Part shown: positions 9,869 through 18,806 of the stretch, piece by piece
Layout: the number at the start of each line of letters is the position of its first letter
Position numbering within the stretch: the first letter of the stretch is position 1
From: Gemmatimonadaceae bacterium
Lineage (GTDB): Bacteria > Gemmatimonadota > Gemmatimonadetes > Gemmatimonadales > Gemmatimonadaceae
Assembly (NCBI GenBank): GCA_051859245.1
Contig: JBHYGA010000006.1
Coordinates: forward strand, 251,591 to 315,590
Length of the DNA: 64,000 bases
Direction of reading: 5' to 3'
Notes under the pieces: generated by a model
The model's input: the letters and a program-made list of their open reading frames with translations, nothing else
The model's database searches: none
Told to the model about the DNA's origin: nothing
Program-made: the position numbers and the translations under genes

Positions 9869-9885
9869 ATACCCCCTAGGGGTAT
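9869..9885. promoter_or_regulatory. CsoR/RcnR-type operator
   Basis: ATACCCCCTAGGGGTAT: ATAC/GTAT inverted ends flanking C- and G-tracts, ~30 bp upstream of the ATG at 9837. Confidence 0.7.
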
Positions 9886-9899
9886 TTATCCGGTGGCGG

Positions 9900-11747
9900 T
9901 CACGTTGTGCCGACGGGCTCCGCTGCGCGCGCCGTTTGCGCCGGCGGTGTGAGGGTAGGAGCGGCCCGGTCCGGCGCCGGGATCTCCATGAGTGCACCCG
10001 AGATCTGGTACCCGCTGTCCTCGCGCAGCGACCGTGCGATCGAACGGCGTCTATCGTCGATCGTTTCGCCGCCGTCTTCAAGCGCGATGCGGAGATCGCG
10101 GAACCGACGCCCGGAACTCACACAGAACAAGTCGCACAAATCGAGCTCGCGCGCGCACGCGTCGACACCCTGCTGCTCGATCAATCGCTGCGTGCGTGAA
10201 ATGGTGGCCGTGCGTGCGTAGAGCTCCGCCGCCATATCCGCCAGGCGTTCCACGACCATCTGTCGCTCGATCAGCTTTTTCTTGTGTTTCATGACCGCGC
10301 GCTCGGTGGCCTGCGCCAACTCTGCGGTGTGCTTCTCGACAAAGCGCGCGTGTGGTTCAAGTCGCGCGTGCAACTTCACGTCAAATCGCTCGTGACGGCC
10401 AAGCGCCGATTTCACGCGACCACCTACATACTCGGCCACGCGCTCCCAATGTTGCAACGGACTCTTGAGCGCGTCGGCCACTTCCTGGAGCTGCGCCGCG
10501 GGTCCCTGCACACCATTCAAGCCAACATACAATCGCAAAATCTCGTTCGCGCCTTCAAAGATTCGATTGATGCGGGCATCGCGCAGATACCGCTCGTACG
10601 GCCATGGTTTCACAAAGCCGCGACCGCCCGCGAGTTGCACCATCTCATCACTTGCGCGCCAGATCAACTCAGACGCGAACACTTTGACAATCGCGGCCTC
10701 AAGTGACGCGTCAACGTCTTTACCATCGAGCGCCGCGGCAAGTGCCCCAACCATCGCGTCCGCCGCATACACGTCCGCGGCCATCGTGGCCGCTTTGCGC
10801 TGCGTGACTTCGAACGAGGCGAGTGGCGCGCCAAACTGCTGACGTAGCTCACCGTAGGCGATGTACTCGCTCACGAGCAACTTGGCGGCGGTCGTGCAGC
10901 CGGCCGCGAGTGACAGTCGACCGGCGTTCAGTGCGTTGACGGCAACCTGAAATCCCTTGCCCACTTCGCCGAGCACGTGATCATCGGGTACATACAGTCC
11001 GTCAAAAATCAGCTCGGCTTGTGTGCTCGCGCGAATGCCAAGCTTACGCACGGTACCGTGCACGTGAAACCCGGGCATATCGGGACGAATGATGAACGCC
11101 GTTGGGCGTTGCACCATCTTGCCGTTCCGTTCAACGAGCGTTTGTGCAAAGGTGACAATGACGCCGGCGCGCTGTCCGTTGCCAATCCAATGCTTGCGGC
11201 CATGCAACAACCAGCCGTGTCCATCCGGCGCACGTTCGGCGCGCGACACAATGTTCTGCGCGTCGGAGCCCGTTTCGGGTTCGGTGAGCGCGTATGCGCC
11301 GAGTGTTTCGCCGCGTGCGAGCATTGGCAGGTAGCGCGCTTTCTGCTCGTCGTTGCCAAAGAGTACGATGGCCTTTGACGACAATCCGCAGTGCACGCCA
11401 ATCAGCACAGCAAGCGACGCATCAACCGCGGCCACCGCGCCTGCAACAACGGCGTAGCCGGACGCCGAGAGCCCAAGACCGCCGTACTCGCGCGGAATGG
11501 AGATTGAGAGCATGCCACACGCGGCGAATGCTTCAATCACGGCTTCCGGAATCATCTCGGCTTCGTCCATCGCGGCCGGATCAATCACTCCGTCGCGCAC
11601 GAGGCGGTGCAACTCCGCCACGAGGCGCGCTGCGACCGCCGCGTCCTCCGGCGCCCGCTCAGTGAGCGGGGCCGGATACGGGAACATCAGAGACTCGTGC
11701 AGCTCGCCTTCGAACAGCCCTCGAACGAACGACGATGGCATCGTCAC
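9900..11747 (-). CDS. Acyl-CoA dehydrogenase, ACAD9/VLCAD-like
   Basis: YALTEPETGSD, GRKHWIGNG, KLGIRAS, RQQFG, YERYLRDARINRIFEGANEILR plus C-terminal extension. Confidence 0.92.
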   Translation of the reverse strand: MTMPSSFVRGLFEGELHESLMFPYPAPLTERAPEDAAVAARLVAELHRLVRDGVIDPAAMDEAEMIPEAVIEAFAACGMLSISIPREYGGLGLSASGYAVVAGAVAAVDASLAVLIGVHCGLSSKAIVLFGNDEQKARYLPMLARGETLGAYALTEPETGSDAQNIVSRAERAPDGHGWLLHGRKHWIGNGQRAGVIVTFAQTLVERNGKMVQRPTAFIIRPDMPGFHVHGTVRKLGIRASTQAELIFDGLYVPDDHVLGEVGKGFQVAVNALNAGRLSLAAGCTTAAKLLVSEYIAYGELRQQFGAPLASFEVTQRKAATMAADVYAADAMVGALAAALDGKDVDASLEAAIVKVFASELIWRASDEMVQLAGGRGFVKPWPYERYLRDARINRIFEGANEILRLYVGLNGVQGPAAQLQEVADALKSPLQHWERVAEYVGGRVKSALGRHERFDVKLHARLEPHARFVEKHTAELAQATERAVMKHKKKLIERQMVVERLADMAAELYARTATISRTQRLIEQQGVDACARELDLCDLFCVSSGRRFRDLRIALEDGGETIDDRRRSIARSLREDSGYQISGALMEIPAPDRAAPTLTPPAQTARAAEPVGTT

Positions 11748-13471
11748 GGTGTGTCGAGCACCGTGACGCGTATCCTCGTAGTCTTGCCTTCAGGGTTTCC
11801 GTTGGCGTTGAGCGCACGCACCGAGATCACGGCTTCGCCCACCTTGCCCACGGCCGTGGACTGAATCGTGAGAATGCGCGAGCCCTGATTCCACGTGGCG
11901 TTGGCCACGTCCGGGTTGGACGAGCTGATGAGCAGATTGCGGTTGAGTACCGTGGCGCCGTCTGCATCAACCAGCTCGAGCTGTACCAGCTTGCGGTTGT
12001 TGGGCAACGAATCGTTGATCACAACCGACGTGTCCGATGTGTTGGCCACGAGGATTGAGTCGACTGAGATTGGCAGTACCGTGACGGTGGCGTTGTCGCT
12101 GCGGTTTTCAACCGAGGCGGTGATCGTGGCGGAACCGGTCGCAATGCCAGTTACGACACCGTTGTTCACCGACGCGGTGGTTGGATTGCTGGTGAGCCAT
12201 GTGAGCACGCGATCGGTGACTTCATTGCCGATGGAGTCTTTGACCACCGCGGACAACGTGATCGACTTGCCCTGTACCACACTGGCCTGCGGCGGTGTGA
12301 CGGTCACTTCGCCAACGGGGATGCGTGTGACGGTGAACTGTACCGTGTCGGCAGCGCCATCAATGCTGGCGCGCAACCTCGCAGTCCCGAGTGCGAGCGG
12401 ATTGATCGTACCATTGGGACCAATGCTGGCAATCGTTGGTGTCAGACTCTGCCACTGCACCACACGACCAGTGACCGTCTGGTTGAGCGAGTCGAGCAAC
12501 TGCGCCGAAAGCTGGCGCGGCACGGCCAATCGCAAGAAGCCAGTGCGCGGCGAGATCACGACGGTCTTAACCGTACGTTCCACCACGTTCACATCGAGAA
12601 ACGCGTTGATCGCAGGATTCGCAGGCGAGGACACCGTGATGCGTGCTGGGCCGACGCGACGTCCGGTGACGACGCCCGTGTTTGATACCGACGCATTGAG
12701 CTCGTTGTTGCTGCTCCAGTCAAGTGCACGGCCGAGCGACTGCAGTACGTTGGACGCCGTGTCACGAAGCGTAACGTCTGGAATGAACGTCTCGTTTACC
12801 TGAATGGTCTTGCTTGTCGGTGCAACCGAAATCGAGCCGATCGGAATTTCGGTGACAGTGACCTGAGCGCTACCTGACACCTGATTCACCGATGCCGTGA
12901 TCACCACGTTGCCCGGTGCGACGGCGCTGGCTTCACCCTGCGGCGAGATGCTCACGATGGCAGAGTTACTTGACTGCCAGGTCACGGTGAGCCCAGAGAT
13001 CGGCGTGCCGGCGGAGTTTCGCGGCGTGGCCGTGAACTGACGCACATTACCGCGACGCAGCGTCACCGGGCTCGGCGTCACCAGAATACTCGCCGGCGCC
13101 TCAGGAATCACCGTGACCGTGGTCTCGCCACGCGCGCCATCGGCTTCACCGGCAATGATCGTCTGACCGGGTGCCACGCCAATCACCAGACCGTCACTCG
13201 TGATCGTGGCGATGGTGTTGTTCTGCGACGAGAAACGAATTGTCTTCGATCCAATCGTATTGCCGTCCTTGTCGAACGCCGTTCCCACCACGCGGACGCT
13301 CGAGTTCACCGGCACCTCGAAATTGGTCGGTGCCAGCGAAATGGATTCCGCATCTCGTGTGCGCACGATCAAATCCCGGCAACCACCGAGGGTGAGCATG
13401 GTGGAGGCGGCAAGCACGGCGGCCGCAATGCGGCGGGAGTGCGATGGGGCGAACATGGGCGTGACCCGCAT
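11744..13471 (-). CDS. Lipoprotein with tandem Big_2 Ig-like domains
   Basis: Lipobox LGGC; ~5 repeats of 'W.SSN..iA.v...G.vtg.a.G...itA'; GTGA overlap with the acyl-CoA dehydrogenase gene. Confidence 0.85.
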   Translation of the reverse strand: MRVTPMFAPSHSRRIAAAVLAASTMLTLGGCRDLIVRTRDAESISLAPTNFEVPVNSSVRVVGTAFDKDGNTIGSKTIRFSSQNNTIATITSDGLVIGVAPGQTIIAGEADGARGETTVTVIPEAPASILVTPSPVTLRRGNVRQFTATPRNSAGTPISGLTVTWQSSNSAIVSISPQGEASAVAPGNVVITASVNQVSGSAQVTVTEIPIGSISVAPTSKTIQVNETFIPDVTLRDTASNVLQSLGRALDWSSNNELNASVSNTGVVTGRRVGPARITVSSPANPAINAFLDVNVVERTVKTVVISPRTGFLRLAVPRQLSAQLLDSLNQTVTGRVVQWQSLTPTIASIGPNGTINPLALGTARLRASIDGAADTVQFTVTRIPVGEVTVTPPQASVVQGKSITLSAVVKDSIGNEVTDRVLTWLTSNPTTASVNNGVVTGIATGSATITASVENRSDNATVTVLPISVDSILVANTSDTSVVINDSLPNNRKLVQLELVDADGATVLNRNLLISSSNPDVANATWNQGSRILTIQSTAVGKVGEAVISVRALNANGNPEGKTTRIRVTVLDTP

Positions 13472-13713
13472 GCAGGTCTATCCTGGGCTACTGGTAGGGA
13501 AGAACGCGGCGAAGCGCCCGGTCAGGCAATTCTGCCTGGCGACGGCGCACACTCAAAGACGCGCGGGCACGAACGGCGGTAACCGTCACACCACGGGAAC
13601 AATCTCACATACAATATGAACCTCTCAGTCTACCCGATTGGTCACCAGGAGTTCTATAGCGCTGCTATTACGAAACTCGACCGATCTGGGGCTGTGACAG
13701 ACGCCACCAAGGT

Positions 13714-15309
13714 GTGACCTTACGCTACGTGTCTGCCCCTGACGATCCGCTGTCGCCCCGCTCGCCCGCCGCCAGTCGGCGGCTTTGGCGCATCGCCGCC
13801 CTTTGGTGGCTGGCCGGAGCCGTTACACGCGCCGGTCTCGCGCTACTGGTCCCGTTGCTGCCCGACGAGACCTACTACTGGGAGTGGACGCGTCGCCTTG
13901 AGGCCGGCTACTTCGACCATCCCCCCGGCATCGCGCTGCTACTGGCGGCCGGCACACGCCTCCTGGGTGATACGCTGCTGGGCGTGCGCATCGGTCCATG
14001 GGTTGCCGGTGGCATTGCCCACGCGGCAGTGATCGGGCTCGGCGGGCATCTGGGCGGCCCGAGGGCCGCTGCCCGGGCCGGTCTGCTCATGTTCGTGCTC
14101 CCGATCGCCACGCTCGGCTTTGTCCTGGCCACGCCAGACGCACCATTTCTGGCCATGCTCTCCGTGGCCTGTCTGCTGCTGATGTACGCGCTCTCCTCGC
14201 AAATGCGCTCGGTTTCGTCGCTGGTGTGGTGGGCGCTCACTGGCGCGGCCGTGGGCGCGGCGATGGTGTCCAAGTACACCGCGGTGCTTATGCCTGGCGC
14301 AGTCACACTGGCCGCACTGGTGCATCCGGCGCTGCGCAAACGATTCGCCGAGCCGGGCCCGTATGTGTCCGTGATTGTGGCATCGCTCGTGTTTGCGCCG
14401 GTGGTGGTGTGGAACTGGTTCTATGAATGGGTGTCGTTTGCCTTTCAGTTCTCGCACGGCTTCACGCCCGCCCGTGGATCGCCGCTGCTGCGCGAGCTGG
14501 AATTGCTCGGCGGACAAATGGGGCTCGCCTCGCCGATTCTGTTTGTGTTGCTCATGGGCGCCGTGTATCTCGCGCTGCGCGACGGATGGGAGGTGCGCAA
14601 ACGACTGTCCGCGACGGACATTCTCGCGCGCCGATTTGCGTTGGCGTTCATTGTGATTGTGCCGCTCGGTGTGTTTGCGTTCAGTGCGTGGCGACGCTCT
14701 GTAGAAGCGAACTGGCCGGCACCGATCTATCCGGCTGCGGTGGCATTGCTTGCGGCGGGTACCGCCAAGTGGGCGTATGGCCGTTGGTATCGCGCGGGCG
14801 TTGTGCTCGCGAGCGTACTGCTCGTTGTCGTGGCGGTGCAGGCGTGGCAACCGGTATTGCCACTCAAGGCACCGCGTGATCCGTTGGCGCGCGCGTATGG
14901 ATGGGACACGCTGGCCGCCGCCACACACGCCGCGCGTCGCGATCCGTTTCTTGATGGCAGTGTTGACGTGTGGGTTGCGGCCAATCGGTATCAAGACGCG
15001 TCTGAGTTGGCGTTTCACTTGCCGGATCAGCCCACCGTGTTCGCGCTCAACCTTGCATCACGCCGCAATCAGTACGATCTCTGGGATACCGCGCACGATC
15101 GGGTGCGCCCCGGTGATGGACTGGTGGCGGTGTTCGAAGCCAACGCCAAAGGTGATTCGCTCGCAAGTGTTGTTGGGACCTGGTTCCGTGAGCACCGCGC
15201 GGCGAGCACCGTCGATCTGAAGCGAGGAGACGGTGTGATTACGCAACGTCGCATCTGGGTGTATCGCATTGCGGTGGATATTCCGCCGCTCGGTCGCGAA
15301 ACGTGGTGA
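13714..15309 (+). CDS. GT-C glycosyltransferase (GT39/ArnT/PMT-like)
   Basis: PDETYYWEW, GYFDHPP, ATPDAP, SKYT, EANWP motifs; multi-TM. Confidence 0.88.
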   Translation: MTLRYVSAPDDPLSPRSPAASRRLWRIAALWWLAGAVTRAGLALLVPLLPDETYYWEWTRRLEAGYFDHPPGIALLLAAGTRLLGDTLLGVRIGPWVAGGIAHAAVIGLGGHLGGPRAAARAGLLMFVLPIATLGFVLATPDAPFLAMLSVACLLLMYALSSQMRSVSSLVWWALTGAAVGAAMVSKYTAVLMPGAVTLAALVHPALRKRFAEPGPYVSVIVASLVFAPVVVWNWFYEWVSFAFQFSHGFTPARGSPLLRELELLGGQMGLASPILFVLLMGAVYLALRDGWEVRKRLSATDILARRFALAFIVIVPLGVFAFSAWRRSVEANWPAPIYPAAVALLAAGTAKWAYGRWYRAGVVLASVLLVVVAVQAWQPVLPLKAPRDPLARAYGWDTLAAATHAARRDPFLDGSVDVWVAANRYQDASELAFHLPDQPTVFALNLASRRNQYDLWDTAHDRVRPGDGLVAVFEANAKGDSLASVVGTWFREHRAASTVDLKRGDGVITQRRIWVYRIAVDIPPLGRETW

Positions 15310-15689
15310 CGTGGCTGGCGGTGGCTGCGGGTGGCGCGGCCGGGTCCGTCGCGCGCTACGCGGTTGGTCTCGCGCTGTCATGCACCACGATTGGCTTTCC
15401 CGTTGGCACGCTCGTAGTGAATGTGCTGGGATCGTTTCTCATCGGATTGTTCGCGCGCTGGCTGAGTGCGCCCGGTCTTGATCCGGTGTGGCGCATCGCA
15501 CTCACCGTGGGATTCTGTGGTGGCTTCACCACCTTCAGTACCTTCAGCGCGGAACTGATCACGCTTGCCAATGAAGGGCGCGTGACGCGCGCTGCGGTGT
15601 ATGTGGTTGTTTCGGTGACGTTGGCCGTGCTTGCAACACTGCTCGGTCTTGCGGCCGGTGATCGCATCTCTGGTCTGATGCGTGCCTGA
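15303..15689 (+). CDS. crcB: Fluoride efflux channel Fluc/CrcB
   Basis: GGAAGSVARY, FPVGTLVVNVLGSF, GFCGGFTTFSTF motifs. Confidence 0.95.
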   Translation: MVTWLAVAAGGAAGSVARYAVGLALSCTTIGFPVGTLVVNVLGSFLIGLFARWLSAPGLDPVWRIALTVGFCGGFTTFSTFSAELITLANEGRVTRAAVYVVVSVTLAVLATLLGLAAGDRISGLMRA

Positions 15690-15761
15690 CGTTGTCCGTG
15701 TTGTTGCGCCTGATTGTGCTTCCGAGATAGCACGCGGTCTTTTCCCTCAGCTCAAGCTCTT

Positions 15762-17156
15762 GTGACTACGGCATCAGTTCCTTCCGATCTTGATCAGTGG
15801 CTGCACGCGCATCGTGACGAAGCGATGCACGAGCTCTTTGAGTTCTTGCGCATTCCAAGTGTGAGCGCGCGCACGGAGCACCAGGCCGATTGTCGCGCCG
15901 CCGCGCAGTGGTTGGCCGACAAACTCTCGGCATCAGGTTTCTCTACGACTTTGGAAGAAACGCCCGGTCACCCGATTGTGCTTGCGGAATGGCGCGGCGC
16001 GGGAAAGGACGCACCAACCCTGCTGGTGTACGGCCACTACGATGTGCAACCGGCGGAGCCGCTCGAACTGTGGACGTCGCCGGCGTTCGAACCCGAAGTG
16101 CGTGATGGTCGCATCTACGCACGCGGCAGTGTGGATGACAAGGGTCAGCTTTACTTGCACGTGAAAGCGCTGCAGGCACATCTCGCGGTGCGTGGCACGT
16201 TGCCGGTGAATGTGATTGTGCTGGCAGAAGGCGAAGAAGAAGTGGGCAGTGTGAATCTCGAAGCGTTTCTTGAGCAGAACCGCGAGCGCCTGGCGTGCAA
16301 CGGCGTGGTAATTTCTGACAGCACGATGTTCGCGCCCGGTACACCGAGCATTTTGTCGTCGCTGCGTGGATTGGCGTACGTGCAGATTGACGTGCGCGGC
16401 TCAACGAGTGATTTGCACTCAGGGATGTACGGCGGTGCCGTCGTGAATCCGGCCATGGCCTTGGCGCGCATTCTGTCCACCTTGCACGACGAGAACGGTC
16501 GCGTTGCGATTGCCGGGTTTTATGATCGCGTACAGGAATGGCCCGCGGCTGTTCGCACCCAGATGAAATCCCTGCCGTTCAACGAAGCACACTTTCGCGA
16601 AGAAGTGGGCTCGCCCGCGCTGGGTGGAGAAAAAGGTTACACGGTGCTGGAGCAGCTGTGGACGCGTCCCACGTGCGAAGTCAACGGTTTGCTGAGCGGC
16701 TACACCGGTGAAGGCGCAAAGACCGTGTTGCCCGCTGTGGCCATGGCCAAGGTGAGTTTTCGTCTGGTGCCGGATCAGGATCCGAAAGTGATCGAACAAC
16801 TCGTGGCCGAACACGTGGCGCGCGTGTCACCACGCGGTGTCACCACCACCGTGACTGCGCTGCACGGCGGTCGCCCGTGGCGTTCGGAGCTCGGTGGCCC
16901 GCTGCACGATGCGGGCGTAGCGGCGCTCGAGGCTGCCTTCGGAACGCCACCCGTGATCACGGGCGAGGGTGGTTCTATCCCGGTGGTCGGTGATTTCGAG
17001 CGCATACTTGGTGCGCCCGTGTTGCTGATGGGATTTGGATTGCCGGGTGAAAACGCACATGCCCCTGACGAATGGATCTCCGAAGAGAACTTTCGTCAGG
17101 GGATGCGTGCGGCCGCCACACTGCTCGACCAATTTGCCGCAGCGGCGACTACTTGA
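15762..17156 (+). CDS. M20 family dipeptidase (CNDP/Dug1-like)
   Basis: YGHYDVQP, RGSVDDKGQ, EGEEEVGS, DLHSG, GGSIP, AHAPDE motifs; start estimated at GTG 15762. Confidence 0.92.
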   Translation: MTTASVPSDLDQWLHAHRDEAMHELFEFLRIPSVSARTEHQADCRAAAQWLADKLSASGFSTTLEETPGHPIVLAEWRGAGKDAPTLLVYGHYDVQPAEPLELWTSPAFEPEVRDGRIYARGSVDDKGQLYLHVKALQAHLAVRGTLPVNVIVLAEGEEEVGSVNLEAFLEQNRERLACNGVVISDSTMFAPGTPSILSSLRGLAYVQIDVRGSTSDLHSGMYGGAVVNPAMALARILSTLHDENGRVAIAGFYDRVQEWPAAVRTQMKSLPFNEAHFREEVGSPALGGEKGYTVLEQLWTRPTCEVNGLLSGYTGEGAKTVLPAVAMAKVSFRLVPDQDPKVIEQLVAEHVARVSPRGVTTTVTALHGGRPWRSELGGPLHDAGVAALEAAFGTPPVITGEGGSIPVVGDFERILGAPVLLMGFGLPGENAHAPDEWISEENFRQGMRAAATLLDQFAAAATT

Positions 17157-17583
17157 CGGCGATGACCTTCACGCCGTCGGTTGACGCACCACCGCTCACG
17201 TAACCAATCGCGCCAGGCGTCGACTTCACGAACGCGATGATGTCGGCGTCTGAGTTTTTCACGGCAGGCGGTACTTCCTTGCCCGAAAAGATCTGCTGCT
17301 GCCAGAACGTTTCAACGGCGCCAACCGCGCGGCCGTGAACCGCTTTGCTGAATGCTGCACGCACATCGGAATCCTTGGCCAGGTCCACCGGAGTCACCGT
17401 GGTTCCGTCGGGCAACTTCTTGCTCTGCTTGAGGAAGACTTTCGAAAGCGCCGCGGCCGGCACATCGGATTCCGTCACGCTGCTGTGCGCGATCACTTTG
17501 AACGCCTGCGCGTGCGCGGTGCGCGCACTGACCATCACGACACACGCAACGGCGGCCAGTGCGAACATCTTGAGATGTTTCAT
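17149..17583 (-). CDS. Small periplasmic binding-protein-like protein (phosphate-ABC SBP-like single domain)
   Basis: Signal peptide AHA-Q; VIAH..., FW....FSG..PP, FVKSTPGAIGYV motifs typical of this short family. Confidence 0.8.
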   Translation of the reverse strand: MKHLKMFALAAVACVVMVSARTAHAQAFKVIAHSSVTESDVPAAALSKVFLKQSKKLPDGTTVTPVDLAKDSDVRAAFSKAVHGRAVGAVETFWQQQIFSGKEVPPAVKNSDADIIAFVKSTPGAIGYVSGGASTDGVKVIAVK

Positions 17584-17599
17584 GGGAGTCAGTCCTCGC

Positions 17600-18757
17600 T
17601 TAAAAACTCACCGCGACACTGGCCAATGCGTAGAACGCTTTGGCAGCAGGCGCGAGTGATGCGCGGAACGGCGGGCCCGTTGGCGGCACAACGGTCGGCA
17701 CGGCGGTATCAAACGCGTAGCCTTCCTGACGATGCCCTTCAAGCTTGAACACGAGACCAGGATTCACCGCCCACGAAGCGCCAACTGCGAAGTCTTTGCT
17801 CACGGGCACCGTGATCGGCTCCACCGGCGACGGCAGGTTGATCAGATTGTTGGACGCTGAGTATTCCACCGCAAGCGTGAGCTTCTCAATCGGCTTCACA
17901 CCGGCGAGCACGTACCAACCGTCGTAGTGACTCTTGGTTGTCGGGTTCTTGCTGTTGAAGCTCGTGTATTCGGCGCGCGCAAAGCCCTTGTCACGAACGG
18001 CGTCAAACGAATAGAGCGCCGTGGTCGTGCGGCCTGAGCGAGACGCCTTCGGTACGGTCGCGTTCGGTGTCTGCATGTAGTTGTTCACGAACGCACCCAA
18101 ACGCACGCCGTCAAGCGGCGTATTGAGCCACAGCTGCGTGCCCACGGAGTTCTCCGCGCGCAACTTGATCGCCTGCGAACCCGTGGACGAAGGCAGCACG
18201 GCGCGAATATCAAAGCCACCACCAAACGCCGAGGCATCAATGCTCCAGCTGTCGTTGATGTCGATTGATTTGGCGACAACCGCGCCATCGATGTACTCGA
18301 GCGTTTCGCCGTACACCGTCGAACCCACGCGATAGAACGGAAGCAACGTGCCGACAAAGCGCACTTCGTTGAAGACGCCACGCGGCAGTGGATTACGACC
18401 GAGTTTTACAGTGGCGCCGTTATCAAACTTGCGCTCGTAAAACGCCCACACGGCGCCAACGGCAGGCTCCGTCGCAGCCAACGGGCTCGTACCGATACGA
18501 CGATGCAGCAACTGCGTGACCACGCGATCCTTTGACGAAATCTGATAGCCGAGCAGCATGGCAACGGCGCGATAATCGCTGGTGCCGTCCTTGTTGATGC
18601 CGAACACACCCAGTCCATCCGACTTGGCGATTGCGGCATTGATGGAACCGTGGAACGAAAAGCGTTCGTCCTGCGCATGCAGTGACGTAGAAAGCGCCAT
18701 GCTGGCCGCTACGGTGACCGCAGCGAGCGCGGCCACCGGCGAATATTTGATCAACAT
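17600..18757 (-). CDS. Outer-membrane porin-like beta-barrel
   Basis: Signal peptide SLHA-Q; WAFYER, VKLGR, WYVLAG, VFKLEGH strands; terminal VAVSF; start taken at ATG 18757. Confidence 0.75.
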   Translation of the reverse strand: MLIKYSPVAALAAVTVAASMALSTSLHAQDERFSFHGSINAAIAKSDGLGVFGINKDGTSDYRAVAMLLGYQISSKDRVVTQLLHRRIGTSPLAATEPAVGAVWAFYERKFDNGATVKLGRNPLPRGVFNEVRFVGTLLPFYRVGSTVYGETLEYIDGAVVAKSIDINDSWSIDASAFGGGFDIRAVLPSSTGSQAIKLRAENSVGTQLWLNTPLDGVRLGAFVNNYMQTPNATVPKASRSGRTTTALYSFDAVRDKGFARAEYTSFNSKNPTTKSHYDGWYVLAGVKPIEKLTLAVEYSASNNLINLPSPVEPITVPVSKDFAVGASWAVNPGLVFKLEGHRQEGYAFDTAVPTVVPPTGPPFRASLAPAAKAFYALASVAVSF

Positions 18758-18806
18758 GTTCAAAGTGGTGTTGGGGAGTGTCGTGACGTGCGACGAGCGG
18801 GTCTGC

